Below are positions 25,316 to 40,818 of a stretch of DNA of 64,000 nt, one piece after another. Source of the DNA: Eledone cirrhosa (taxonomy: Eukaryota); NCBI GenBank assembly GCA_964016885.1, contig OZ024747.1, positions 19,282,001 to 19,346,000 of the forward strand, written 5' to 3'. Each line of letters opens with the position of its first letter. The first letter of the stretch is position 1. Below the pieces are notes generated by a model. That model ran no database searches, was not told the origin of the DNA, and worked only from the letters and a program-made list of their open reading frames with translations. Position numbers and translations under genes: made by a program.

Positions 25316-26476
25316 TTGACCCTCTGGCAACGCTCGGTAGCACAAAATTCTAATTAATAAAAGTATATGCACCTGAAAAACAACGATAAATTCGGCGTAG
25401 GTATATAACGAAAAAGACAAGCATATTCGTTTTATTTCAACAATTATACATGGCATTAGTGAATGAATAAAACAATCAAATTTAATATCTGCACAATGTA
25501 TCTAAACACCATATTCATAGAAATTGATATCTGCAGGTGCCATCAATTTCTTGAGTACAAGTTTAAGCATTTGTACGTTTTAACTGCGCTATCACTGCCC
25601 ACAGAAAGTTGTGTCAAACCTGTAGTGCATATTTATAATCAGATACAGGCATCCATTTGTGACGTAGACAATAGCGTTATGTAACGTAAACAATAGCGCT
25701 GACTAGATTATGCTACAGGCTCCCTAGTAAATCATTTAGTTGGTTCTGTCAGTTGAGATCATTTCTGCGGCAGTACAACATGAAATAAACTTATGTACTA
25801 TAGATATAACAAGTAGCACAACATTCGAATAAATTTATTAGATATTAACAAAAACAGATACATTTTTTTGAACAGTAAATAAAAATACGAAAAAAAAAAA
25901 TAAAAAACAAACAAACTAAACAAAACAGAAAATCAAAAAACTTATAGAATTCTTTGTAACATTGACACAAGGCCAGGAAATTAATTGTACCGAGTCCAGT
26001 CTTTTATTTTACTAATCCCGAAAGGATAGAAGTCAAAGTTGTCGTCGGCGGGATTTGAACTCAGAACGTAAAAAGTTGTAATTAGATACCACTAATCATT
26101 TTGTGCGCTGCTTTAACTGTTTTGCCAATCCGCTGGGATCATGAGTATTTGATCTAAGGATATGGTAACATTTAAACGAGTTTATAAGTACTTTTGTTCT
26201 GCAAGATTTTTTTATATGAATTTGTATGTTAAAACAGATATAGTATATTGGGAGGGTCATAGTGCCAAAACAAATAGACAACCGTTTGGGATTCACTTCA
26301 GTTTTATTCATCCATCAATTTGTTGATCAATCACCTAAATTAGTAGCTAATATCCTTTCCTCACAACCTGTAACCCTCTCAATTACTATTGCCCTCCGTG
26401 CCTCATCTTTATTCACTCTTCCTCCAATTTTTCTGTTTTCCTGTTTTTCCTCTTCATTCAAGACATTATTAGACTA

Positions 26477-27195
26477 GTTGGATTGGCAGTATCGGTAGAG
26501 GGTCGGACGCCATGCTTTGCAGCAAAGAGTTACGGCCCTTTATGGTTTGAGTTCAAATCCCGCCGAGGTTAACTTTGCCTTTCATCCTTACGGGGTCGAT
26601 AAAATAAAGTACCAGTAATACACTGGGATAATTGCTGGCCTTGTGCCAAAAGTAGAAACAATTATTAGACTAACAGTGTAATATGTGCGCGTGCGCATCT
26701 TTGTAACTTTCTTTGCCTTTGGTTTTTCGTTAGTGTTTCCTTTATTTATTATTAGTTGCATTGTTAGAGCGTCAGATAAACTGCCTGGTGGTATTGATTA
26801 TGGGTTGTTACATTCTGAGTTGAAATCCCGAAGATGTTGACTGATTTTTATTCTGGGGTCGATAAAACAAAATACCAGTCAAGTATGGGGGTTGATCCAA
26901 TCAACTTCTCCTTACCCCTCCCCAAATTACTGGACTTGTGCCTAATTTAGAAAACATTATTGAGCGTGGTGGGTTGACAGAAGCATTAGAACGTTGGAAA
27001 AATGCGTAACAGTATTTTTTCGGGCTCTTTACACTCTGAGGCCGAGGTTAACTTTGGTTATCGCCGAGGTTAACTTTGCCTTTTATTCTTACGGCGTCGA
27101 TAAAATAAAGTACCTGTAGCGCACTGGGATCGATTTAATCGACTTTTCCTTTCCCTTCCAATAGCTGGCCTTGTGCCAAAAGTAGAAACAACTGT
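26477..27195 (+). mobile_element. Cluster of SINE family 1 copies (one young, two diverged)
   Basis: 26477-26667 with TSD ATTATTAGACTA; diverged long-variant copies at ~26785-26960 and ~26965-27195. Confidence 0.85.
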
Positions 27196-29056
27196 TACTG
27201 AGATTATCCTTTATTCCACTAGAACAACAGAGAATAAATTCAGTGGTATAAAATACTATGCAATATTCTAGTATTGGGCACAGTCCCTCTTGTTTGCAAA
27301 TCAAAACTTACACCTCCCACACGTATATAGATATATATCCATATATAAATATACATACACACACAAACATATATATATAGATATAGATGTGTGTGTATGT
27401 GTAGGTGTGTGTGTGAGTGCGCGCGCTCACACAAACACACACACACACACACGCACATATATATACAAGTATATACATATATTTACCTTGTTATTACTTG
27501 GCTATATCAAAGAAGTTATTTTACATTTACAACGCAATAAATATTCATCAGTGACTTGCTGAAGTGATTATAATTCACACACACTCATATACATACATAT
27601 ATACGTATATACATTTATGCCTATATAGTATATGAATTTAGAACGAATTACAATTCATTTCTTACTTGACTTGAGATGAAGTTGGTAAATGCTATTAAAG
27701 CCTGTCCTTAGGCACTGTAATATTCGATAATGTTTCAGACGACAGCTTTACACTGTCGTCTGCGGAAGAATTTCCCACAGTAAAGCAACATTTTAAGAAG
27801 CATTTAAGCATAGGACTGGGGAACTGTAACTATTTAAATAGGATATACGAATTGCAGAATATTGAGTATTAATGAATTTTTTACCATTTCGTTTCTCTAT
27901 ACTTTCCCCTTTTGAATTTGCTATGTCTTTTCTTTGCGTTCATGATTTCATAAGTTACCTCCGTCTAATGACAGCGATATCTATCCATTGAGGAAATATC
28001 TTAGTTTGTCGCTTAACTAGCTAATATTAGTAACCGAATCTCTTTCTATATATACTGTACCATCCTCGAAATCATGACAGATATATTGAACAACGTAACC
28101 CTGAATTTACTATATAAGGACAGAAAGATGGGATTGCTATAGATAGGACACCATTATTCCACTGGACTGAATTCAGATAATAGATTTCTCCGCTAACTGG
28201 AATAGTTGTGCCAACCCATTGACGTATTAATAATAGTCGAGTAGCTGCGAAGCCACTGGTGTTCAAGACGCCGAGGTCATCTAATTAAACCAATGATCGT
28301 TGCAAGAGCTACTTGCTTACTATGAGACAAGCAGGATTTTTATCGAGGTTTACTGCTCTAGAACCGACCTGTTCGGCTAGATTATCTCTTTCTTAGCCTT
28401 CTATAACAGACATCATTCTTCTGTCTACATTCTGGAGCATAAGTCTGTTATCTGTTTCTAATTTTCTTTCAAGTAGATATTGACAAAAAAAATGTTTGCA
28501 CAAATAAGTCAGTTATACAGATGCCAATTCACCCCACCACAATTTCTACAAGCCAAGTGAATAGGGTCTGCAAATCTTTACTTCTCATCCTCCTTTGTAA
28601 ATTGTATAACTTACAAAAAAAAAAAAAAAGGAGATGCCTATGAACAAAACAACAATTCCAACACCAACTAATCTCCAAACTTTTCAATGCTGCAGATAAA
28701 AATAATGCAACTGCCACAAATATATGATTTTTTTAGAACCGATTTCTATTTAGTTATGGAAAAACTAGACTGGAAAATTAAAACTGTTTTTACAATATTT
28801 TTTAACGTCAGATTTTGGCAAATTGAATAAATGAGAATTGAACGCATTCTTCATTGAGATATTTATTTGTTAAAAATGACTTAAAAACAAACAAACAGTG
28901 AATCCTGTATAGTTTAATATATTAGCCTCATCGACTATATTTGCTAAATTCTCATGTAAAAAGCTATTTCCTCAGAGAGTAATCTCAGTAATACAATAAA
29001 AAATATATAATATTCTCTATTTTGGTATTAAGCATTTCCCCCAGTGTTTGTAAACC

Positions 29057-29936
<880 letters not shown>

Positions 29937-31053
29937 CGAGGCATTTTTATTTCGATTTAATTTTGATATAAATATATATATATACATGTACATACCACCA
30001 CACACACACACGTATATTGACCAATGCCTTGTGAAAGGCTCTATTAGATACTAATAATATACTATTCCCTTAATTTACCTACACGGTTGTACACTTGCGT
30101 CAATGGAAAAAAGAAAATCAATATTTATAATGAAAGGCAGTGTTTAGTATCTTGGTCAATAGCAAACAAACAGTTAATAGAATTGAAATTCAGATAATGG
30201 TATTGACTTAGTTGCTATTCATAGAACGATGTGATGGCGCCTATCACGTAGTTTATGGTCAATTTAAAAAAAAAAATGTCATGGCCCTTGAATAAAATAT
30301 ATTCACATTACCAATGCTGCAAACAGTTACATAAGATCTGATAATTTACGCATTTAACAAGCCAAACAAGACCTGTTCTTTAACAAAACAAAATAACTCA
30401 TAAAATTCTTCTCGCCAACGTGAAATTAGAGGTATTATTTAAACTGTTTCGATATTTCTCTGTCACTTGAGAATACTTTTTCCGGTAAAAAAAGAAAAGT
30501 ATTATTAATGTTGGTAATTATAATTTATTCCTGCAAAATATTTCGTTTCAGGCATTTTCATAGAAATTAAATCATATGGGTTTTTCATATATTTCTCTAC
30601 TTTATGTACAGGTTAACCATTAGTGATAGCAACAAACATAATTATTATATCTCCTTATGTCCCTTTTCCGATGTCACTACGACTAGCTAATATTTATCTC
30701 TCACTCTATGTATATATATATATATCTGTAATAACAACCTATTTCTATAAAAAAAAAGCTTAGAAAATCGATAAAATACGCTTAGAGTCGAAAAGAGAGT
30801 GACCAGCCGCCGTTACAGGGAAACAAATTCCGTACTCCTTGAATTATGACTATGAGGTTTATTGTTAAGCTAAAGCGCCGCTAACCTGGGAATCTATCTA
30901 AATAAGATAGCTATACAGAACAGCGTGGATGTAAGCATACCTTCTTTTAAAAAAGTATCGAAGCTCTGGGCGACTTAAAATTTGATTACAATTAACAAAT
31001 ATATACATACAGTCTTATTAACACACACGGACACATACAACGACTTCCAGTTA

Positions 31054-31112
<59 letters not shown>

Positions 31113-31194
31113 CACATACACCAATTAAACAAAGTCACAGGTATTCACGATGTGACTCAATGAAGAATTAATAAATTAAACAATCAGAGCAAAA

Positions 31195-31390
31195 TACTAT
31201 AGAGTAAAGCATGTCCAGAGAATTATTTGATAATATATATACATCATCTCTACTCCCAATCAGCATAATTAACCACACAAAAAATCAATTAGACCAGGCT
31301 ATAAGAATAAAAGGCACCTCTGAAGAAACAGAAAGAGATGATGTATATATATTATCAAATAATTCTCTGGACATGCTTTACTCTATAGTA
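31195..31390. repeat. Perfect 57-bp inverted repeat with an 82-bp spacer, between (TA)n tracts
   Basis: 31195-31251 is the exact reverse complement of 31334-31390. Confidence 0.9.
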
Positions 31391-31395
31391 CTATA

Positions 31396-31451
<56 letters not shown>

Positions 31452-31459
<8 letters not shown>

Positions 31460-32302
31460 GAGAGGTATAGAGATTGTTTTAGCAAGAAGCTAACGGCATT
31501 CTATAACATATATGCGACTATAACGTCAAGATGGGAAAAGTAGTTAACGAAAGATTTAGGAAAAATAACTCAAACTCATCTCAAAAGAGAATCAGGATAT
31601 AAATTCATCCACAGAATTTAGTAAAATCCAGGGAAAAATCTATAGACCTTTAACTCATGATAAAATAAAGTTTGAAACACTTATCCTTCAATTTGGAATA
31701 ACATCAAATGCTCTGTATAGTCTTAAAAGACTATTTCATGAAAATTTTCAGTGGAGATGGTCACGGTTGGAATTTCATTCATCAGCAGAGCTCAACAGAA
31801 AACCAGGGCTCTCACAGTAATATAATCCGAAAAAGGGAATTCTAAAACTGGCTAGTTCGCCTTCATGTGTATTTATGAAAAAGCACATGAGGAAAAAACG
31901 GGGCTAGTGACGTCAGGATGGAAGTGAATGTTTATTTACAAGAAATAGCAGTCAAATACATTCTGAAAAAAAAACTCTACAAAGGAGTTCAGCAAAATAG
32001 CAATAATTATCACAGTTTTTATGAAAAAAACCGGGATTAGTCACAGATAGTTTAAGCACTCTAGGAAAAGAATCCGAGTATAAATATAAATGAGAGGTAT
32101 AGAGATTGTTTTAGCAAGAAGCTAACGGCATTCTATAACATATATGCGACTATAACGTCAAGATGGGAAAAGTAGTTAACGAAAGATTTAGGAAAAATAA
32201 CTCAAACTCATCTCAAAAGAGAATCAGGATATAAATTCATCCACAGAATTTAGTAAAATCCAGGGAAAAATCTATAGATAACTCATGATAAAATAAAGTT
32301 TG

Positions 32303-32305
<3 letters not shown>
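31452..32305 (-). mobile_element. Retrozyme/Penelope-like non-autonomous element: 632-bp unit with a ~225-bp terminal direct repeat, in (TA)n
   Basis: 31452-31677 and 32084-32305 are identical except for a 4-bp indel. A complete HHR lies between them, there is no ORF, and (TA)n flanks both sides. Confidence 0.75.
31710..31791 (-). ncRNA. Complete Type I hammerhead ribozyme
   Basis: Minus strand: stem I GCTCTG/CAGAGC; CTGATGA; stem II ATGAAA/TTTCAT; GAAA; stem III TAGTCT/AGACTA; cleavage triplet ATA. Confidence 0.85.
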
Positions 32306-32348
<43 letters not shown>

Positions 32349-32822
32349 CCTTGTGGTATTCGTTTTGGCTCTCTGCTCTCTGAGTTTAAATCCCATCGAG
32401 CTCCCCTTTGCCTTTCATCATATCAAGGTAGATAAATTAAGTACCAGTTTAGTACGGGGGGGGGGGGGGGGGGTAGAGGGAGATTTTTTTGTCTATATCT
32501 CTTTCTCTCTTCCATTCTCTCACTCTCTCTGGAAGAAATCTGCTGTATTCAGACCTGAAGAGGAGATGGCTTTCAGACAATGGCATAGAAATATCGTATG
32601 TCAATATGGAATCCCTACTATTGCCCCAGGAATTACGAGAGCATCCATCCATCTTAATATTCAGGTATGGGATCATTTAAAATACAAATAAATTCATAAA
32701 GTTCTCTGTGTAACTGAAAAACCATAAGTTGACTGTTAGAAAGCTAATATGACAAAAAGTTGCAAGTTTATACCACTGAGACACAATGGCAGCTTTTGAA
32801 AAGAACAAAAACAAAACAAAGC

Positions 32823-33049
32823 AATAATGGTTTCTTATATAGGCACAAGGCCAGAAATTTGGGAGGGGGGAGAAGAAAGTCGATTAAATCGACTCCAGTG
32901 CGTGACTGGTACTTTATTTTATCGACCCCGTAAGGATGAAAGGCAAAGTTAACCTCGGCGAGATTTGAACTCAAATCATAAAGGGCCATAACTCTATACT
33001 GCAAAGCATGGCGTCCGACCCTCTACCAATACTGCCAATCCACCGCCCT
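32823..33049 (-). mobile_element. SINE family 1, long variant, full length
   Basis: Consensus match; TSD-like AAAACAAA(G/T)CAATAATG. Confidence 0.9.
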
Positions 33050-34284
33050 AAAACAAATCAATAATGAGAGAAGATAGAGAAGGAGAAGTTACGAAACTGA
33101 TGCCCTAATACTTTTGGTCCACAGTTACAAAATATAATTCAGTATCAAAAAATCCCTCTGAGAAACTGGTCACCGTTAATAGAGAACTTGAACATTTTCT
33201 TAAGCAAAATCTTAAAATGTTTTCTCTATACACGTAACCCAGGCCGACTTGACGGCTGATCCAAAGAAAAGAGTATGGCTGTGTCCCAGATAATTTTGAA
33301 CTCGTTGAATTTATGTGCTTGTGTGTGGGAGGAAGCGGAGGGAGAGTTGTCTATGTCTAATTCGCTGTGTATGTATATATGTGTGTGTATGTGTGTGTAT
33401 GTGTGTGTGTATATGTATATGTATATGTATGTGTATTTAACGTGGAAGATAAACTTTTGACAAAAAGGTAGTTAATGAATATATATATATATATACATAC
33501 ACATGTGTGTACATATACATATACATGTGTGTACGTGTAGGAGTGTGTGACACTCCTACACGTACACACACATACACACAGCACACACACAAACACACAC
33601 ACACACACACACACATACATATATATAATTCAGAAATACCTACCCAAAGATCATGAATGCGCTCATTATTTCAGTGAGGTTATGGGTTGTTATTCCACTA
33701 CAATAGATTCTAGATTGATTGCGCCGAAGAATGGTTCAGAATTTATAATGCTATTGATTGGCACCGGTTTGATTGCTGCTTCGTGCAAGAAAATTCAATT
33801 ATAACAACAAAAGAACTAAATTTGACTAACACTTCGGCTCTTTAAGATCATAAAGTAACAACTTTTCACGATGTTGTTGTTAATAATTTTGTTGTAAACG
33901 TATTCCAGTTCACTCCCGGTCTACCGAAATTATTTTGACTTGTATTTTCCCCCAGACGATCAGCGAAAGTGAATAGTTGTTGTTTTTGTTGTTGTTGTTG
34001 GTTTTGTTGGTGTTGTTGCTGCTGTAGTTACTGTTGTTGGTGTGTTGTTGTATTTTAATCCCAGTTCATTCCCAATCCCTCTAAAATTATTATCAATGTT
34101 TTTTTTTTTATATACACAGAGGCTATGCAAGTATCCGCTATCGTTGTTGTCAATGTGTATTTGTAGGTCAGACACATCATCAAACGACTATAAAGACCAA
34201 CTATTCTCGGGTCCCAAATGCTAGGTGTGGGGTGGTGGGTGGGGGGGGTGGGGGGTGGGGGGTAATCGCGTGTGTGTGTGCGTG

Positions 34285-34602
34285 TGTGTCGAATAAACGG
34301 GGTGTGGTGTGGAAAATCTGTAATTTTTCTAGGTTGGTTCCGTTGAATTTAAAAAAAAAACTGAAGTAGTCGTTTAGTTTACATATTGAAACCTCAACCC
34401 ATCATATTTATTTTATAATATAATGTATTATGTTTTTTAATGTACAAAGAAAACTAATTAACGCGGGAATGCTACCACTTGAAATCAAATTTCGCCGGAG
34501 ATAGATTAGCAAAATTTAATAGGCAAGGGTGTGATGGTGGAAAAAACCCCTGAAAAATTGATAAATGGGGGTGCGGGGACGATTATTCGAGACGCGAGAA
34601 TA
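34285..34602. mobile_element. Diverged DNA-transposon MITE-like repeat (related copy at ~58490-58614)
   Basis: Both copies end in a G-rich stretch followed by GACGATTATTC(G/A)AGAC....G..TA. Confidence 0.35.
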
Positions 34603-35494
34603 CTAATAAACATTATGACACTTGAACCTGTGGCAATGGAGACTTGTAGCGTTCTTAGTCTAAGAACCACATCTCTACTCCTGCTGTCTGGGTGGAGTTT
34701 GTCACACGTAGGACTGAGTCCCACGAATTGGAGTGACCATTTCAACGCATCACCCAAAACAAGAGTGCATCAGGGAGAAGAATAGCCACCCTAAAACCGA
34801 ATTATAAGCAAATAATAGAATAACTGCTATAAACCCCAGCAATTTCAGTTGGTGCAGGTATGATGGGCTGAAAACAAGGGAAAACCGATCAGTTCTCTAT
34901 GACACTTGTTGGCTTAGCAACAAGTTACTAGGATTACTTCAACAATGAAACGTTTTCTAAATAGATAAAGAAACAAGAATCTTACGGAGCGATCTGAAAC
35001 ATATTTTATTAAGCGAGAGCTAACAACAACAACTAAAACAACAACTAAAATGACAACAACAACTACAACAACAACAACTAAAACAACAACAACAACAACA
35101 AAAACAACAATAACAACAATAACAACTACAACAACAATTACAATAACAATGACGACGGTAGCAACACCAAAAATAATAGTCGCTTCTAATTTAGGCAAAA
35201 CTCCAGCTATTTTGAGGAGAGGGGATGTCGATTAAATCGATTATATTACTTGGCTGGTACTAATTAAGAATATAAGCTCAAGGCCACACATTTTGAGGAA
35301 GAGATTTGTCGATTAGTATCTAATATATAATATATAAAAGAATACATGAATAAGAAAATAATAGAAAAAGAAAATTTTCAAAAGTGAAAACAAAAAAAGA
35401 AAAACAAGCAAAGAATTATTGGAGTAAAAATATGAATAGAAAACTTTTATAATAGAAATTTTTTATAATAATGATAATAATAATAATAATAATA

Positions 35495-35608
35495 ATAATG
35501 ATTTCTTATATAGGCACATGGCCAGCAATTTTGGGGGAGGGGAAAGTCGATTAAATCGACCCCAGTGCGTGACTGGTACTTTATTTTATCGACCCCGTAA
35601 GGATGAAA
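35495..35608 (-). mobile_element. 3' half of SINE family 1 (long variant) inserted in (AAT)n
   Basis: Consensus match, with (AAT)n on both sides. Confidence 0.85.
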
Positions 35609-36021
35609 TAATAATAAAAAAAATGCAGCAACAATAAATAAGAAATGAAAGCGACTTTCATTGGTTGAAATAATTGACTAAAGCCGATTGGTTATTTGTG
35701 TCTCTAAAAATATATTTATGTATGTATGTATGTATGTATGTATGTACACACACACACATATATATACACATCTATGTATAAATATTTAGATATACAGACA
35801 CACATATAGATTAATATAAGCGTAATGTATACTAACATTAACTAATTTCTGCACACCGTTGTTCTAATCGGACAACCGCTGGCAGATCAGGATCGCAGAA
35901 ACTGAGGCATCAGTCCGGGTAACCCAAATTTCCTACTCACACGAAGTAGTCTTCCTCACTGATTAACGTTTAAGTGTACACTCTAATAGGTTGAGTTCGA
36001 ATTGTAATAATTCTGACTTAA

Positions 36022-36259
36022 CCCTTTAGCATTTACATTACTCTATATTTACTATTATATTTTTATGGTAAAGGCTTTATCTCACGTAATATCTCACATA
36101 ATATTGAATCTATGAGATTTTGATATTATTTATTTTGAGAAAAATACCTTAACATAAGTATGAGCAGCAAGTTATGGCTGGTTTGATCAAAAAGAAGTGA
36201 GAGAATTCTCACTTCTTATGGCCGGTTAAAAAGATATGGCCGGTTTAAATGCTAAAGGG
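36022..36259. mobile_element. piggyBac-type MITE
   Basis: TTAA-CCCTTTAGCATTTA...TAAATGCTAAAGGG-TTAA: a perfect 14-bp TIR beginning CCC, with a TTAA TSD. Confidence 0.88.
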
Positions 36260-36324
36260 TTAAGTAATTTATTGAAAGAGGAAACGACCAAAGCTGTGTC
36301 CATTTTATTCGATAAACTTCCTTC

Positions 36325-36395
<71 letters not shown>

Positions 36396-36400
<5 letters not shown>

Positions 36401-36534
36401 GTTTCTACTTTTGGCACAAGGTCAGCAATTATACAGTACATTACTGGTACTTTATTTTATCGACCCCGTAAGGATGAAAGGCAAAGTTAACCTCGACGGG
36501 ATTTGAACTCAGACCATAAAGTCTGAGTTCAAAT
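36396..36534 (-). mobile_element. 5'-truncated SINE family 1 ending in a 14-bp fold-back
   Basis: ATTTGAACTCAGAC-CATAAA-GTCTGAGTTCAAAT at 36501-36534. Confidence 0.85.
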
Positions 36535-36583
36535 AATAAGCTTTTCATTCCAGATTCGGGTCAGATCGATAAAGATCGAACCT

Positions 36584-36760
36584 TGAGCTGATCAATAGCG
36601 AAACGCGCGTCACCAATCAACAAACGTAATGAAGGCTTAACAAATTGTCCTTGTATTATTATATTACGCTGTTTAGCTCTACACCTTGTTACTGACATGA
36701 AGCTAAACATCGAGTGCTCACCTGGGTAAACCTAAAGTAACTTCACATTACACTCCCTGG
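36584..36760 (+). mobile_element. Penelope-like pLTR fragment with a 5'-damaged minimal hammerhead
   Basis: TGA-GCT/AGC-GAAA-C-GCGC-G-TC, followed by a tail containing ATCGAGTGCTCACCTGG. Confidence 0.5.
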
Positions 36761-36761
36761 A

Positions 36762-37131
36762 TATATATCTTTCCAAGGCGGGTAAAATTCCCGAGATCCA
36801 TGGACGAGTTCTCTCCAGCGGTCTCTGTCCCTCATTATCGCTGCCATATCCTGCATCTCCAACAGACCAGTGTCTGTCCTTAGGGCATCAACATATGTTA
36901 ACCTTGGTCTTCCTCTTCTAGTGTGTCCATGTAGGGGCTCCCAAAGGAGCACTGAGTGCAATGTCAACTCTGGATGTCGGTGAGCATGTCCAGCCAACCT
37001 CAGTCTCCTCTGTGTCACTTTTGAGCTAACTTTTGGGAGGCTCCCATACAGCTCTGAGTTTTTCATCCTCAGTGTATACTGATTAATGTTCAGAGCCATC
37101 CTCAGCATTCTCGTGTAGCACCCATCCACCA

Positions 37132-37136
<5 letters not shown>
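36762..37136 (-). pseudogene. 5'-truncated RTE-clade LINE, ORF C-terminus
   Basis: DGCYTRMLRMALNI...ELYGSLPKVSSKVTQRRLRLAGHAHRHPE...LLWEPLHG...RGRPRLTYVDALRTDTG...MRDRDRWR; bounded by (TA)n. Confidence 0.85.
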
Positions 37137-37173
<37 letters not shown>

Positions 37174-37542
37174 TTAGAAGGGACAAGGTACTGTGTGGTT
37201 ACTAAAAAAGGAGTGTTTAGAAATATAAGGAAAACACAAAGAAAGGACAGATCTCTTCTTCAGTTGTCTGCTGTGGGTCTCGGACGTGTGTGTATAAGTG
37301 TAACCAAGACCGCCATTTGCCTTAACGTGAAGGTAAATGAATCTACAACAAATCAAAGCTATCCACTAACTCAAACAAACGTGATCCAGAAACCTACATC
37401 CCAAGACTTATACAATTCAAGGGGAAGTAAAAATCACATACGTCCTTCGAAACTATATTCCTACTCTCCCGGTAAATCAATCTGGAGTCATTACACTGAG
37501 GCCTTCGTGATTTCTATAATAACAATTATATATATATATATA

Positions 37543-37607
37543 TTTCGTTTCTGAATTTGTTTAGCAACATGACCCACCCAAAGTATAACAATATATACAT
37601 ATATATA

Positions 37608-37666
<59 letters not shown>

Positions 37667-37846
37667 TTTCTGAATTTGTTTAGGAACATGACCCTCCCAA
37701 AGTATAACAATATATATATATATATATATATAAATACATACACATATATATATATATATATATATATATTTTGTTTCTGAATTTGTTTAGGAACATGACC
37801 CTCCCAAAGTATAACAATATATATATATATATATATATAAATACAT

Positions 37847-37900
<54 letters not shown>
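37543..37900. repeat. Three tandem copies of a ~50-bp unit separated by (TA)n
   Basis: TTT(C/T)GTTTCTGAATTTGTTTAG(C/G)AACATGACCC(A/T)CCCAAAGTATAACAA, three copies with a period of ~110-120 bp. Confidence 0.9.
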
Positions 37901-37901
<1 letters not shown>

Positions 37902-38056
37902 CAGTGCTGCTGCTTATCTCAGCCATGGGAAATTACGAAAACACGTGGGAGTAAAGCAAACTCTTTAACCCTACAGCTATACCTATAAGCACAGACACAC
38001 AGACAAACACAGACACACACACATACAAAGACACACACATATATGTATATCAATAT

Positions 38057-39850
<1,794 letters not shown>

Positions 39851-40775
39851 ATGAGAACGAATATATATTACACACGTACATATACTTATAGATGCCTAAA
39901 CGTAAACCGGACAAACACATCAAAATATATAACTTCGCCCACAAATAGATATTATAGTAATGTCGATTTTTTCACTCAATGTGAAATGGTAAACAGAGTT
40001 ACAGAATGGCAGCATAGCACTTGTCGCTATACTACACCGTCATATATTGTTATTTTCAATCTACAACATGTTTCGATTAACATCAAAGTTAATCAAAATG
40101 TGTAAACCAGTGAGGTAGTTGCTACGTGACCTCTTGTCTTGCGAGAAACGTCATGAAATCGTCATGAAACCGCCATGAAATCGCCATGAAATCGCGCACG
40201 AATGTCTTAAATGAAAGAGGTATATATTGGATAATGTTGTTATAAACACGCCATGTTTCAATAAAAGGTGAAATCGAAATAACTGGATCACTTTTTATCA
40301 GATGTTTGTTCGAGCAGAGTTAGTATGAGATTTTACTACAATAATAACAACAACAACAACAACAGAAACAACAACCAGATTACCGGAAAAACGATTAGCA
40401 TTTTGCTTCAAGTGTGTATTGCAAAAATGAGATGCCCATATGTATAAAATTGACAAACACAAGATATTCCTAGTACAGATAAACACGATGAAGTAAGTCC
40501 ATTTATAGCAACCACAACTCCCGCTTTCAAAATGTACTCAGAGTTTCTAAAGCATGAACACAGCGAACTGTTAATAAAAAAACATTTTCACTTCTTCCAC
40601 ATTGTTCTCGTTGATTTTACATTTGTTTGTCTCCGTGCACACATACACACACATATATATGTATATATTTCCGTTTATCGTTTTCGGTGCACCGGGCCGA
40701 TATGCAAATTGGGCTACTCTGCCGTTAATATGCATAAGGTAAGTATATACGTTCAACAATCTGGCAGGAAGGTAT

Positions 40776-40818
40776 ACGTTGCTGACGATAGCTAATAAGC
40801 TTGAAACTAGTACAGCGT
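40776..40818 (+). ncRNA. Minimal Type I hammerhead ribozyme with palindromic stem III
   Basis: ACGTTG-CTGACGA-T-AGCT-AATA-AGCT-T-GAAA-C-TA-G-TA-CAGCGT. Confidence 0.78.

Noticed and set aside
28072-28282. Possible minus-strand exon (AG acceptor then DLGVLNTSGFAATRLL...)
   Set aside because: No recognisable domain, a weak polypyrimidine tract and no partner exons.
31319-31372. Hammerhead at CTGAAGA-AACA-GAAA
   Set aside because: No stem II pairing, a non-cleavable G at position 17 and no stem I.
31452-32305. LTR retrotransposon / TRIM interpretation
   Set aside because: The repeats lack TG...CA termini, and I see no PBS, PPT or 4-6 bp TSD.
37543-37900. CRISPR-like repeat-spacer pattern
   Set aside because: The spacers are (TA)n, the context is eukaryotic and there are no cas genes.
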